Of a stretch of 64,000 nt of DNA, positions 33,082-42,482 are shown one piece after another. Positions within the stretch are counted from its first letter, which is position 1. Every line of letters starts with the position of its first letter. Below the pieces are notes generated by a model. It was not told the DNA's origin, searched no databases, and saw nothing but the letters and a program-made list of their open reading frames with translations. The position numbers were made by a program, and so were the translations under genes. Source of the stretch: an uncultured Chloroflexia bacterium (GTDB lineage: Bacteria > Chloroflexota > Anaerolineae > CG2-30-64-16); NCBI GenBank assembly GCA_963774265.1, contig CAVZDU010000010.1, positions 32,001 to 96,000 on the forward strand, in the 5' to 3' direction.

Positions 33082-34068
33082 ATGAATTACCGCGAATTGG
33101 GTCGTACGGGCTGGCGGGTCTCTGAGGTCAGCTTTGGCGCGTGGGCGATTGGCGGGTCCTGGGGTGACGTGGATGACCGTGACTCGCTCGCCGCGCTGCA
33201 TCGATCGATCGACCTGGGCGTGAATTTCATCGACACCGCCGATGTGTACGGCGATGGACGCAGCGAGTGGCTGGTTAGCCAGGTGCTCCGCGACCGACCA
33301 GGTCAGCGCATCTATGTGGCGACCAAGGCTGGCCGCCGCCTGGACCCACACACCGCCGATGGCTATAACCGTCAGAACCTGACGGCTTTCATCGACCGCA
33401 GTCTGGTGAACCTGGGCACCGACTGTCTTGACCTGTTGCAGCTTCACTGCCCGCCCACTGAGGTGTTCTATCGGCCTGAAGTGTTTGGCGTGCTTGATGA
33501 TCTCTGCGCGGCGGGCAAGATTCGCCACTACGGTGTGAGCGTGGAGAAGGTCGAAGAAGCGCTCAAGGCGATCGAGTATCCCGGGGTCGAAACTGTCCAG
33601 ATCATCTTTAACATATTCCGGCAGCGGCCATCGGAGCGCTTCTTCGGGGAAGCCAAGTCACGCAAGGTGGGCATTCTGGCGCGCGTGCCCCTGGCAAGCG
33701 GAATGTTGACCGGGAAGATGACGCAGCAAAGCCAGTTTGCTTCCGACGATCACCGCAACTTTAACCGGCACGGTGAGGCCTTCGATGTGGGGGAGACCTT
33801 CGCGGGCGTGCCGTTCGAGGTGGGGCTTCAGGCTGTTGAGGAGCTGCGCACGATCGTCCCGCAAGGCGCGTCGATGGCCCAGTTTGCGCTGCGGTGGATC
33901 CTCATGTTCGACGCCGTAACGTGCACCATCCCAGGGGCAAAGCGGCCCAGCCAGGCTGAGGACAACGTCGGTGCGGCGGCCCTGCCTCCGCTCTCAGAAG
34001 ACTCTATGGCAGCAGTGGCTGATGTCTATGACAGGTTGATCAAGCCGCACGTGCACCAGCGCTGGTAA
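33082..34068 (+). CDS. Aldo/keto reductase
   Basis: GAWAIGG, FIDTADVYG, ATK, DLLQLH, GKIRHYGVS, PLASG and IPGAK. Confidence 0.93.
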   Translation: MNYRELGRTGWRVSEVSFGAWAIGGSWGDVDDRDSLAALHRSIDLGVNFIDTADVYGDGRSEWLVSQVLRDRPGQRIYVATKAGRRLDPHTADGYNRQNLTAFIDRSLVNLGTDCLDLLQLHCPPTEVFYRPEVFGVLDDLCAAGKIRHYGVSVEKVEEALKAIEYPGVETVQIIFNIFRQRPSERFFGEAKSRKVGILARVPLASGMLTGKMTQQSQFASDDHRNFNRHGEAFDVGETFAGVPFEVGLQAVEELRTIVPQGASMAQFALRWILMFDAVTCTIPGAKRPSQAEDNVGAAALPPLSEDSMAAVADVYDRLIKPHVHQRW

Positions 34069-34101
34069 GCAGGATAGGATGCGGAGCGATCTGCATCCTA
34101 T

Positions 34102-34914
34102 CTATTTCTCGAAGTACGCACTGGATAGCTCAATCAGGTCAGCGAACACCCAATCCGGCGGCGGCCGCATCGCCTCGAAATCTTCGAGGTGTGCCACACC
34201 GGTCAACACCGCAATCGTCTTCAGCTTGGCAGCCTGGCCCCCCACGATGTCGGTTTCCGGCCGGTCGCCGACAGCCGCCGTGATCTCCCCGCTGACGCCG
34301 AGGCGTGCCAGGGCTTGCCGAAAAATGCCGGCCTCCGGCTTGCCGATCGCCTGGGCTTTGACGCCGCTGGCGATTTCCAACATAACCACCAGGGAGCCGG
34401 CGCCAGGGATCAGCCCCTCTTCAGATGGCAGACTGGCGTCCAGATTGGTGGCGATGAATCGCGCCCCACGCTGAATCGCCAGGCTGGCCTCTTTGAGTCG
34501 TGCATAGGTGGTGTCTCGATCCATGCCCACGACGACTACATCCGCCAGCCGATGATCGGTCGTGAGGCTGAACCCCGCCGCGGTTAGCGCCTGGCGGATG
34601 CCTGCCTCGCCGACCACCAGCACACGCGCACCCGGTATCTCGTCGGCCAGAAATGCAGCCGTCGCCTCAGCAGAGGTCATGATGTCCGTCGATGATGCCT
34701 CGATGCCCATATCACAGAGTCGTCTCGCCACTTCGTCGGAAGGCGTCGTGGAGTTGTTGGTGAGAAACAGATAGGGGATGCCATCCCGGCGTAAGCGAGT
34801 GATGAGCTCCGGCGCGCCAGGAAGCACTGTCTTGCCGCGATACATCACGCCGTCCATGTCGAAGATGAACGCGCGCACCGCGCGGAGCGCGGCCAGATCA
34901 TGCCCATCACTCAT
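34102..34914 (-). CDS. HAD-IIA family phosphatase (NagD-like)
   Basis: FDMDGV, LTNNS, ATNLD, GKPE, VGDRPETDI and VLTGV. Confidence 0.92.
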   Translation of the reverse strand: MSDGHDLAALRAVRAFIFDMDGVMYRGKTVLPGAPELITRLRRDGIPYLFLTNNSTTPSDEVARRLCDMGIEASSTDIMTSAEATAAFLADEIPGARVLVVGEAGIRQALTAAGFSLTTDHRLADVVVVGMDRDTTYARLKEASLAIQRGARFIATNLDASLPSEEGLIPGAGSLVVMLEIASGVKAQAIGKPEAGIFRQALARLGVSGEITAAVGDRPETDIVGGQAAKLKTIAVLTGVAHLEDFEAMRPPPDWVFADLIELSSAYFEK

Positions 34915-35149
34915 CGTCCACGTCCTCCGCCGCGTCGCGTTCCACATCCACGATGGCTGTGGTCACCGCCCAACTGACCACACCCCAACTGCCCCCCGAG
35001 ATGAGCAGCGCCAGGAAGATGGACAGCGCGTTGGGAGGAACGGTTCCCTTGATGATGCCGACGATGGCCAGGATGATGCCCGCAGCCGTAAAAATCAGCG
35101 CAACCCGCAGCGGCAGCGGCCAGCGCGCCCATTTGGAGATTTGCATCAT
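34907..35149 (-). CDS. Hypothetical small membrane protein (2 TM)
   Basis: Two hydrophobic segments and an acidic tail. Its stop overlaps the start region of the HAD-IIA gene, and there is a GAGGGGG RBS. Confidence 0.65.
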   Translation of the reverse strand: MMQISKWARWPLPLRVALIFTAAGIILAIVGIIKGTVPPNALSIFLALLISGGSWGVVSWAVTTAIVDVERDAAEDVDDE

Positions 35150-35166
35150 CGATTGCCCCCTCTCTT

Positions 35167-35232
35167 GCCACGCAGAACGCAGAGGACTCATTGATACAAC
35201 ATCCGCCGTGTCCTTTGCGCTCTCTGCGTTCT
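35167..35232. repeat. REP-like imperfect inverted repeat downstream of recJ
   Basis: gccacgcagaacgcagagg...ctctctgcgttct. The AGAACGCAGAG and CTCTGCGTTCT arms are complementary and resemble the 18241 element. Confidence 0.55.
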
Positions 35233-35238
35233 TTGAGA

Positions 35239-36999
35239 TTAACCAGGCCGCAGATCCCGCAGCGTCAACTGTGGTCGTCCGCTGTAGTCATTGATTTCGA
35301 TGCAGTATGCCAGGTCCAGCTTTCCGGCCAGACCACCGGCCAACGGTCCCATGCCAAAGCCGATCGCATCCCACTCGGTGCTCGAGCCCGGCGCGCTGAC
35401 ATGCAGCTTGAGATGCTGCCCTTCACGGCCCACCAGCCGGACGGAATCCCGAACGACGTGCACCCCCTGCGCGGCGAATACCGGTTGCGGATTTGCCTCA
35501 CCGTAGGGTTCCAGTTCAGTGAGTCTGGTGCACACCGCATAGTCCAGATCTGCCAGGTCGAGTTCCGCGTCGATCTTGAGCGCGGGGGCCAGGTCGAGTC
35601 CGTGAAGCTTCTCTGCCGCGACCGCCTCCAGCCGCCGGCGCAGCTCAGGCAGGTTTTCATTCTTCACCGTGAACCCGGCCGCGGCCGCGTGGCCGCCATG
35701 CCGAACAAGAAGGTCACGACAATCATCGAGCGCACGGGTGATGTTGAACTCAGGAATGCTTCGGCAAGAACCCCGTGTTTCGGCTGCGCCGATCTCGGCC
35801 ACCACGGCGGGCCGATACAACGCTTCTGCCAGCCGGCCAGCGACCAGTCCGACGACGCCGGGGTGAAAGTCTTCTCCAGCAACGAAATTTAGGTACCGCA
35901 TCGTATCGTCGGCTGCCAGCATCATTTTGGCCTGCTCTACGAATTGGCGCGTCATGTCCTGCCGCTGGCGGTTGAGTTCGCCGAGCTCGTCCGCCAGCGG
36001 CCTTGCCGACTCCGTTGTCGGCGATGTGAGCAGATCATAGCCTATGCGTGCGGAAGCCAGCCGGCCTGCCGCGTTGAGTCGCGGACCGATGACGAACCCG
36101 ATGGTATGGCCGTTTACCTTGCCTGGCGCCAGGTTCGCCTCACCGAACAGGGCGCGGAGCCCCGGGCGCCGTGGCCCGGTGCAGCGACCATCCCGCGTGC
36201 GGCCATTGAGGGAGTTCAGTCCCAGTTGCACCAGGACCCGGTTCTCGCCCAGCAGCGGCGCAACATCAGCCACGGTGCCCAGGGCGACCAGGTCCAGCAG
36301 GTCCCCTGTGTTGAGCTTCGCTAGTGCGCCATTCGTGGGCTTCTCTTTGTCCGTGCGCATTAGTGCCTGCACGAGCTTGAACGCGATGCCGACCCCCGCA
36401 AGGTCCTTGAACGGGTATGCGTCCCCTTGTTGCTTGGGGTTGATGACGGCGAGCGCAGGTGGGAGTATATCGCGGCCTTCACCATCCTGTTGGATCGAAT
36501 GGTGGTCGGTGACGATCATGTCCATGCCGAGGGTCGCGCCATACGCCACTTCGCCAGGCGAGCGAATTCCGCAATCGACCGTGATCACAAGTTTCGCGCC
36601 CATCTCGACGACTCGATCCAGCGAATCGTTGTGTAGACCGTAGCCTTCATCGATCCGGTGGGGGATGTAGGGATGTGCATCTGCGCCGAGGGCGGTCAAG
36701 CCTTCCACCAGCAGTGCGGTGGAAGTCACGCCGTCTGCGTCGAAGTCGCCGTAGACGACGATGCGCTCGCCCGCCTGGATAGCCGCGCGAATGCGCCCGA
36801 CCGCCTCACGCATACCCGTCATGGAGAACGGATCGCGCAACTCTGTGGGCGGTTGGAGGAACGCCGCAACATCGGAGGGATCGACCAGGCCGCGGTTATA
36901 CAGCACCTGGACGAGAATTGGGTGTAGGTGAGATAGTAACCGCGCGATGCCCGGCGGACACCGCTCAGCGATTTCCCAACGTTTGGCAGTGGGTGGCAT
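35239..36999 (-). CDS. recJ: Single-stranded-DNA-specific exonuclease RecJ
   Basis: YGDFDADG, EGYGL, TVDCG, TDHH, LGTVAD, PRLNAAGR, GSCRS, GGHAAAAG and EPYGEANP. The likely start is 36999. Confidence 0.96.
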   Translation of the reverse strand: MPPTAKRWEIAERCPPGIARLLSHLHPILVQVLYNRGLVDPSDVAAFLQPPTELRDPFSMTGMREAVGRIRAAIQAGERIVVYGDFDADGVTSTALLVEGLTALGADAHPYIPHRIDEGYGLHNDSLDRVVEMGAKLVITVDCGIRSPGEVAYGATLGMDMIVTDHHSIQQDGEGRDILPPALAVINPKQQGDAYPFKDLAGVGIAFKLVQALMRTDKEKPTNGALAKLNTGDLLDLVALGTVADVAPLLGENRVLVQLGLNSLNGRTRDGRCTGPRRPGLRALFGEANLAPGKVNGHTIGFVIGPRLNAAGRLASARIGYDLLTSPTTESARPLADELGELNRQRQDMTRQFVEQAKMMLAADDTMRYLNFVAGEDFHPGVVGLVAGRLAEALYRPAVVAEIGAAETRGSCRSIPEFNITRALDDCRDLLVRHGGHAAAAGFTVKNENLPELRRRLEAVAAEKLHGLDLAPALKIDAELDLADLDYAVCTRLTELEPYGEANPQPVFAAQGVHVVRDSVRLVGREGQHLKLHVSAPGSSTEWDAIGFGMGPLAGGLAGKLDLAYCIEINDYSGRPQLTLRDLRPG

Positions 37000-37107
37000 G
37001 GCGGGCATTATAGCTGTTGAAAGGCGTTGCGACAAACGTGGGGCAGCATATGGGTCTGTGGCTTTCCGGCACCCATCGGGTATGATAGCTGCTGTTGGGA
37101 GGTGATC

Positions 37108-38037
37108 ATGACGCGAGTGGTGTTTATGGGGACGCCCGAGTTTGCCGTCCCGTCGCTGGGCGCATTGTTGCGTGCCGGGTACGACGTGGTTGCGGTCTAC
37201 ACGCGCGAGGACCAGCCGGCCGGCCGCGGTCAACGTCTGGAGGCTTCGCCTGTTAAGCGATATGCCCTGGCGCAAGGCCTCCCACTGAAGCAGCCAGGGT
37301 CGCTGCGCGCGCCTGACGAACAGTCCGAGTTATCCGAGCTGGCGCCGGATCTCCTGATTGTCGCGGCCTACGGACTGATCTTGCCCCAGGCTGTCCTCGA
37401 CATCCCCCCCATGGGATGCATCAACGTCCACGGGTCGCTTTTGCCGCGCCACCGGGGTGCGTCCCCAGCCGCGGCCGCAATCCTGGCCGGCGACAGGGAG
37501 GCAGGCGTCAGCATCATGTTGATGGACGCCGGGGTCGACACCGGTCCGGTGCTCGGCATGAGGTACATCCCCGTCTCCTCCGAAGACACGACCGGTTCCC
37601 TGACGACGAAGCTGGCCGATTTGGGCGCGGAACTGCTGGTGCGCACACTGCCTCCGTGGCTCCGAGGCGCCATCGTCCCGCAGGCCCAACCTGAAGAAGG
37701 CGCGACGTTTGCCCCGCGCATCGCAAAGGAGGACGGGCGAATTGACTGGACCGAGTCGGCGGAAGCGATCGCGCGCAAGGTCCGCGCGTATCAGCCATGG
37801 CCGTCCGCGTTCACGACGTGGAATGGGCAATCGTTGAAGGTGTTCAAGGCGCATGCAGCTATGGAGTCGGCCGGCGCACCTGGCGCCATCATCGCGGGAG
37901 GCCGGCGCGCCGCAGGCGTAGCGACGGGCGATGGGATCTTGTGGCTGGAAGAGGTCCAGATTGCAGGGAAGAAAGTGATGCCAATCGGCGCGTTTCTGGC
38001 TGGAGCGCAGGGCTTCGTAGGAAGCACCTTGGGTTAG
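37108..38037 (+). CDS. fmt: Methionyl-tRNA formyltransferase
   Basis: FMGTPEFAVPSL, AGRG, VAAYGLILP, NVHGSLLPRHRGASP, MDAGVDTG, IDW and PWP. GGAGG RBS. Confidence 0.96.
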   Translation: MTRVVFMGTPEFAVPSLGALLRAGYDVVAVYTREDQPAGRGQRLEASPVKRYALAQGLPLKQPGSLRAPDEQSELSELAPDLLIVAAYGLILPQAVLDIPPMGCINVHGSLLPRHRGASPAAAAILAGDREAGVSIMLMDAGVDTGPVLGMRYIPVSSEDTTGSLTTKLADLGAELLVRTLPPWLRGAIVPQAQPEEGATFAPRIAKEDGRIDWTESAEAIARKVRAYQPWPSAFTTWNGQSLKVFKAHAAMESAGAPGAIIAGGRRAAGVATGDGILWLEEVQIAGKKVMPIGAFLAGAQGFVGSTLG

Positions 38038-38891
38038 CCTCCGAAATACCGCTCCAAGGCGTCACGCATCACCTGTTCATCCGCGTCCATCCCGGTCCAC
38101 AGCCTGAACGCGATCGCACCCTGGTGCACCAGCATCCCCAGACCGTTCAACGTCCGAGCGCCGCAAGCCTGCGCGGACGCCAGGAACGCCGTGTTGGGCG
38201 GGTTGGGAATCACATCACAGACGAGCGTCCCCGGGTCAATCGAAGTCATGTCCACTACGGGGATGTCAGCGGTGTTGGGGTAAAGCCCAATGGACGTCGC
38301 GTTGACCAGTATGTTCGTCCCTTGAGGTACATGATATGCGTCCATCCACGGCACAAACTGCGCCCTGGCAGGAGTTTTCTCGTTCAGCAGTTTAACCAGC
38401 TCTGTACCGCGCTCGGGTGAACGATTCACCACGGTGATGTTCGCCACACCAGCCAGGGCCAGCTCCACCGTCATGGCCCGGGCCGCACCCCCTGCGCCCA
38501 GGAACACTGCGAATTTTCCGCCGGGATCCATGCCGGCATCTTCTCGGATCGAGCGCAGAAAGCCTTTGCCGTCCGTGTTTTCGCCGATGAGCCGATTGCC
38601 TTCACGACGGACCGTGTTCACAGCGCCCATGAGGGCGGCGTCAGGCGCGATCGCGTCGAGATACTGGAGCACCGCGACTTTGTGTGGAATCGTCAGGTTG
38701 AAACCCTGGAAACCTAACGCTCGAGCGCCTGCCACGGCCAGAGGCAGGTCCGCCGCGTGTACTTTCAACAACTGATAGCGCCAATTCAAGCCACTTGCAG
38801 CAAACGCCGGCTCCATCATGACGCCCGTAGGATTCTCGTCAATAGGATCGCCAAAAGCGCCGACAAGTTCATGGCGGAGCGAAGTGATCAT
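38034..38891 (-). CDS. aroE: Shikimate dehydrogenase family protein
   Basis: GFNLTIPHK, GAVNTV, NTDGKGF, LGAGGAARA, VNATSIG and GLGMLVHQG. The N-terminus reads ENPT instead of HSLS, so it may be a divergent paralog. Confidence 0.82.
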   Translation of the reverse strand: MITSLRHELVGAFGDPIDENPTGVMMEPAFAASGLNWRYQLLKVHAADLPLAVAGARALGFQGFNLTIPHKVAVLQYLDAIAPDAALMGAVNTVRREGNRLIGENTDGKGFLRSIREDAGMDPGGKFAVFLGAGGAARAMTVELALAGVANITVVNRSPERGTELVKLLNEKTPARAQFVPWMDAYHVPQGTNILVNATSIGLYPNTADIPVVDMTSIDPGTLVCDVIPNPPNTAFLASAQACGARTLNGLGMLVHQGAIAFRLWTGMDADEQVMRDALERYFGG

Positions 38892-38984
38892 GTTTCTTCT
38901 TCCTTTCTTGGCTTTGAGCGCGCATCATAGCATGGGTGCGAGGTGAGATAGAAATGCCCGCGTTGGGCGGAGCGGGCGTGCAAT

Positions 38985-39013
38985 TTGCCAGATTTCTCAC
39001 AGTCGCGTATACT
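38985..39013 (+). promoter_or_regulatory. Sigma70 promoter of tRNA-Pro
   Basis: TTGCCA, 17 bp spacer, TATACT, ending 11 bp before the tRNA. Confidence 0.75.
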
Positions 39014-39024
39014 GTCGTGTACAT

Positions 39025-39100
<76 letters not shown>

Positions 39101-39109
39101 TGGAACAAG

Positions 39110-39135
39110 GAGGGGTGGGATGTGTCCCACCCCTC
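39110..39135 (+). terminator. GC-rich hairpin after tRNA-Pro (weak U-tract)
   Basis: GAGGGGTGGGA-TGTG-TCCCACCCCTC followed by TCTTA. Confidence 0.65.
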
Positions 39136-39147
39136 TCTTAATTACGA

Positions 39148-40626
39148 GTGACGATGAACGTTACGTCGGATTTGAGCCTCTCCGAGCGTCTCAGCGAGGT
39201 TGCGCTGGGGATGCCCATCACGGCTGACTTGAGCCGGTCGGATCTCCTGCTGCTGCGTCCTCTCAATGCACGTGCGATGAAGGTCGTGGCGCAGGCGCGG
39301 CCGCATTCCATCTCTTCCCTGCACACCGAAAACCTCGTGGGCCAAACGTTCGTGGCGCGTGATTTACCGCTCATCTTTGACGCGATGCGCCGCCGCCGCA
39401 CTCTGCAGTCGCAGATGGATCTGCCCAGCGGTGCGCCTGTCGTCCAAGACGCGTGCCCGATTTTCGACACCGCAGGCCAGGTTCTGGGTCTCCTCAGCAT
39501 CGAGACGAGCCTCATCCAACTGGAGCGACACCGGCATCGCCACATCACGTTTCGCCGGGCCGTTGATTGGCTCAAGCACATGTGCGTACAAGGCGACCTG
39601 ACCAGCGCCGCGAACCTTTCGTCCTTCCAAGAGATGGACGGCATCGTCCTGGTCGATGCCCAGCTGCGCATCACCTACCTGAGCGGCATTGCCAATAATC
39701 TCTATCGTCGCCTTGGCTACATGGAGGATCTGCGTGGACGGCCCCTCAATTACCTTCATATCGGCGATGATCTCTTGGCGATCACGGCTATGCAGTCCCG
39801 GCAGGGGGTAGAGCAGGAGTCGAAGTTTGGTGATCTGGAGTGGGTGCGAAAGGCTCTGCCGCTGTGGTCGCCGCCGAAATTGGGGGGCCTGCTGCATCAC
39901 TTTGCCAAGGTCGGTACACCAACGGACATTGCCGGGGTGATCATCATGGTCCACGATGCGACCGACGAGCGCCGCAAGAAGGCGGAGCTTGAAGTCAAAT
40001 CGACCATGATCCAGGAAGTTCATCATCGGGTCAAGAATAACCTGCAAAATGTCGCGGCATTGCTCCGCATGCAGCAACGCCGCGCGCATGAGACTGAGAC
40101 GCGCCAGGCGCTCTCGGAGGCCATTTCACGCATCTTGAGTGTGGCCGTTATCCACGAGTTTTTGTCATTGGACGAGACCCAGTCGATTAACGTTCGCGAT
40201 GTGTGCCAACGAATCGTGACGCAGACGCGGCAGGCTCTCGCCCCTGGCCAATTGGTTGAGTTCTCAATTGAAGGGCCCGCCATTTATCTGCCCAGCCAAC
40301 AGGCTACTGCGACGGCCCTGGTCATCAACGAATTGGTGCAGAATGCGTTGGAGCACGGTTTCGAGCATCGCGAGCGTGGGCAGATTGAACTGGTCTTGAC
40401 CGATGGCGGAGACAGCGTTAAGCTTGAGATATGTGACGACGGAGAGCCGCTATCCGCCGAGTTTGACTTTGGCAACACGACCAGCCTGGGCTTGCAGATA
40501 GTCCGCAGCCTGGTGCAGGCAGACCTGAGAGGCGAGATCAAGCTGGAGAACCAGCCTGAGCGTGGGGTCGTTGCCACAGTGATGATTCCCAAAGCAGTGA
40601 TCGGCGCAAGCGGGACCGGACGGTAA
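39148..40626 (+). CDS. Cytoplasmic sensor histidine kinase, PdtaS/EutW type (H_kinase_N/GAF, PAS, HisKA_2, HATPase)
   Basis: ADLSRSDLLL...VVAQARP N-terminus, IQEVHHRVKNNLQ H-box, NELVQNALEHG, DDG and SLGLQIV. No TM segments. Confidence 0.92.
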   Translation: MTMNVTSDLSLSERLSEVALGMPITADLSRSDLLLLRPLNARAMKVVAQARPHSISSLHTENLVGQTFVARDLPLIFDAMRRRRTLQSQMDLPSGAPVVQDACPIFDTAGQVLGLLSIETSLIQLERHRHRHITFRRAVDWLKHMCVQGDLTSAANLSSFQEMDGIVLVDAQLRITYLSGIANNLYRRLGYMEDLRGRPLNYLHIGDDLLAITAMQSRQGVEQESKFGDLEWVRKALPLWSPPKLGGLLHHFAKVGTPTDIAGVIIMVHDATDERRKKAELEVKSTMIQEVHHRVKNNLQNVAALLRMQQRRAHETETRQALSEAISRILSVAVIHEFLSLDETQSINVRDVCQRIVTQTRQALAPGQLVEFSIEGPAIYLPSQQATATALVINELVQNALEHGFEHRERGQIELVLTDGGDSVKLEICDDGEPLSAEFDFGNTTSLGLQIVRSLVQADLRGEIKLENQPERGVVATVMIPKAVIGASGTGR

Positions 40627-40709
40627 CCACAGCGCAATAGAGAGTCTATGCCACGCAGGACTCCAAGTCATGGGTGGCATGCAAGTCATGCAAGTCAGTA
40701 GGAGGCAAT

Positions 40710-41294
40710 ATGGAGCGCACAAGAGTCATCATCGCCGACGATGAGTCCCTCATCCGCATGGACCTGCGGGAGATGCTCACTAACCTGGGTTACCTGGTGG
40801 TGGGCGAGGTGGCCGACGGCCGAAGCGCGGTCAATCAGGCGCGCGAACTGCGGCCCGATGTGGTCATCATGGACATCAAGATGCCCGACATGGATGGCAT
40901 CGAGGCCGCCAAGGTGCTTACGGAGGAGCGGATTTCGCCGGTGGTCCTCTTGAGCGCCTACAGCCAACGGGACCTGGTCCAGCGCGCTCGTGACGCGGGT
41001 GTGGTCGCCTATCTTGTCAAGCCGTATCGCGAGGAAGAGCTCAGCCCCGCGATCGAGGTTGCTCTGGCGCGTTTCAGCGAGTTCAAAGATCTGCAGAAGC
41101 AGGTCTCTGACCTCCAGGAGGCGCTGGAAACCCGCAAGCTGGTTGACCGGGCCAAGGGCATCTTGATGGACAAGCAGGGACTGAACGAAGCCGAGGCCTT
41201 TCGCAAGATCCAGAAGATGAGCATGGATAACCGGAAACCAATGAAGGACGTGGCCGAGGCTATTATCCTGGCGCACCAGGTAGGGCAGGGTTGA
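40710..41294 (+). CDS. ANTAR-domain response regulator (PdtaR/EutV/AmiR-NasT type RNA-binding antiterminator)
   Basis: IADDE...MDIKMP...YLVKP receiver domain plus LETRKLVDRAKGILM...EAEAFRKIQKMSM ANTAR domain. GGAGG RBS. Confidence 0.95.
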   Translation: MERTRVIIADDESLIRMDLREMLTNLGYLVVGEVADGRSAVNQARELRPDVVIMDIKMPDMDGIEAAKVLTEERISPVVLLSAYSQRDLVQRARDAGVVAYLVKPYREEELSPAIEVALARFSEFKDLQKQVSDLQEALETRKLVDRAKGILMDKQGLNEAEAFRKIQKMSMDNRKPMKDVAEAIILAHQVGQG

Positions 41295-41394
41295 TTTCCT
41301 ACCTTGTCATAACGATGGGGGTGGCCTGCGCTCGTCGCATTCGCCGTAGGGCGGCCCTCACCGTGGGGTGGCATTCTTTGCTCGCAGGTGACAT

Positions 41395-42421
41395 ATGAAC
41401 CCATGGGAGCAATTCAAGAAAGTAGCTACTGGCGGAAGTGCCGACCAGATTCCGGTCGCATTGATCGTTGACAGTCCGTGGCTGCCGGCGTATGCGGGCG
41501 TCGACACGCTCGACTATTTCCTGTTCCCGGAGCTCTGGACGCGCATCAATCTCGATCTCCTGACGCGTTTCCCTGATGTGGCATGGATCCCCGGCTTCTG
41601 GGTGGAGTATGGCATGGCTGCCGAACCGTCTGCGTTTGGCGCCAAGGTTGTATGGCATCACGACCGTCCTCCGTCCATCGCCCCGGTGCGCGGCGGCCTG
41701 GCTGCACTGGACGGGATCTCGCCCGCCGATCCCCACGAAGACGGTTTCATGCCCCTCGTGCTGCACCTTTACAAAGAGGCCCACGCGCGGTTGGCAGCTG
41801 AAGGCGCTCCCATTCGCATGGTCGCTGCCCGGGGCCCCTTGGCCAACGCGGGCTGGCTATTAGGCGTCAGTGAGTTGATGGTTGCGCTGAAGCTTGAGGC
41901 GGATGCGGCTGCGCGGCTGCTCGATGCGTTGACCGAGACCATCATTCGTTGGCTGCGAGCACAAGCTGAGGCTGTGGGCGGCGTAGAGGGCATCCTGTTG
42001 CTGGACGATATTCCAGGGATGCTTTCACCGAAGCTATTCGATGCCATGGCCGCTGCCCTATCTCGCACGTATCTTCAACGCGTTCGAGGGCCTGGTTCGG
42101 GTCTATCACAACGACACACCCTGCCCATACCTGACCAGCCGCATTGGGGCCTTACCCTTCGAGGTGTGGAACTTCAGCCACGAAACGGATATCGCTGACG
42201 TGCACGATAAACTATCTGGAAACAAGGCGCTGATGGGCAACATCCCACCGTTGAGCGTTATGGCCCAGGGAACGTCCTCCCAGGTGATCGGCTTTGCGCG
42301 CTCGTGCATCGAGAAGACCGGCGGACGCAACCTGATTCTCTCTGCGGGCGGCGGTATCAGCCCGGGTACGACCGCCGAAAACATCGACGCATTGGTCCTC
42401 GCCGCCAGGAACCGTTCTTAA
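41395..42421 (+). CDS. Uroporphyrinogen decarboxylase/MtaA-like family protein (indel near 42050)
   Basis: RGPL, LLDD, LSPKLF, YHND, LMGNIPP, GT and ILSAGGG.PGT..ENI are spread over ORFs 41395 and 42041. Confidence 0.8.
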
Positions 42422-42430
42422 GGGCGGGCC

Positions 42431-42462
42431 AGACCTGACACGGTAGAGAACCTGTCAGGTCT
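42431..42462. repeat. REP-like inverted repeat (AGACCTGACA...TGTCAGGTCT)
   Basis: 10-bp perfect arms around a 12-nt loop. Same GACC...GGTC termini as the 25857 element. Confidence 0.7.
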
Positions 42463-42482
42463 ACATTCGAGTGGGAGCAATC

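Noticed and set aside
37000-37275. N-terminal extension of RecJ overlapping fmt
   Set aside because: It is antisense to fmt and spans the divergent promoter gap. RecJ homology starts near 36999.
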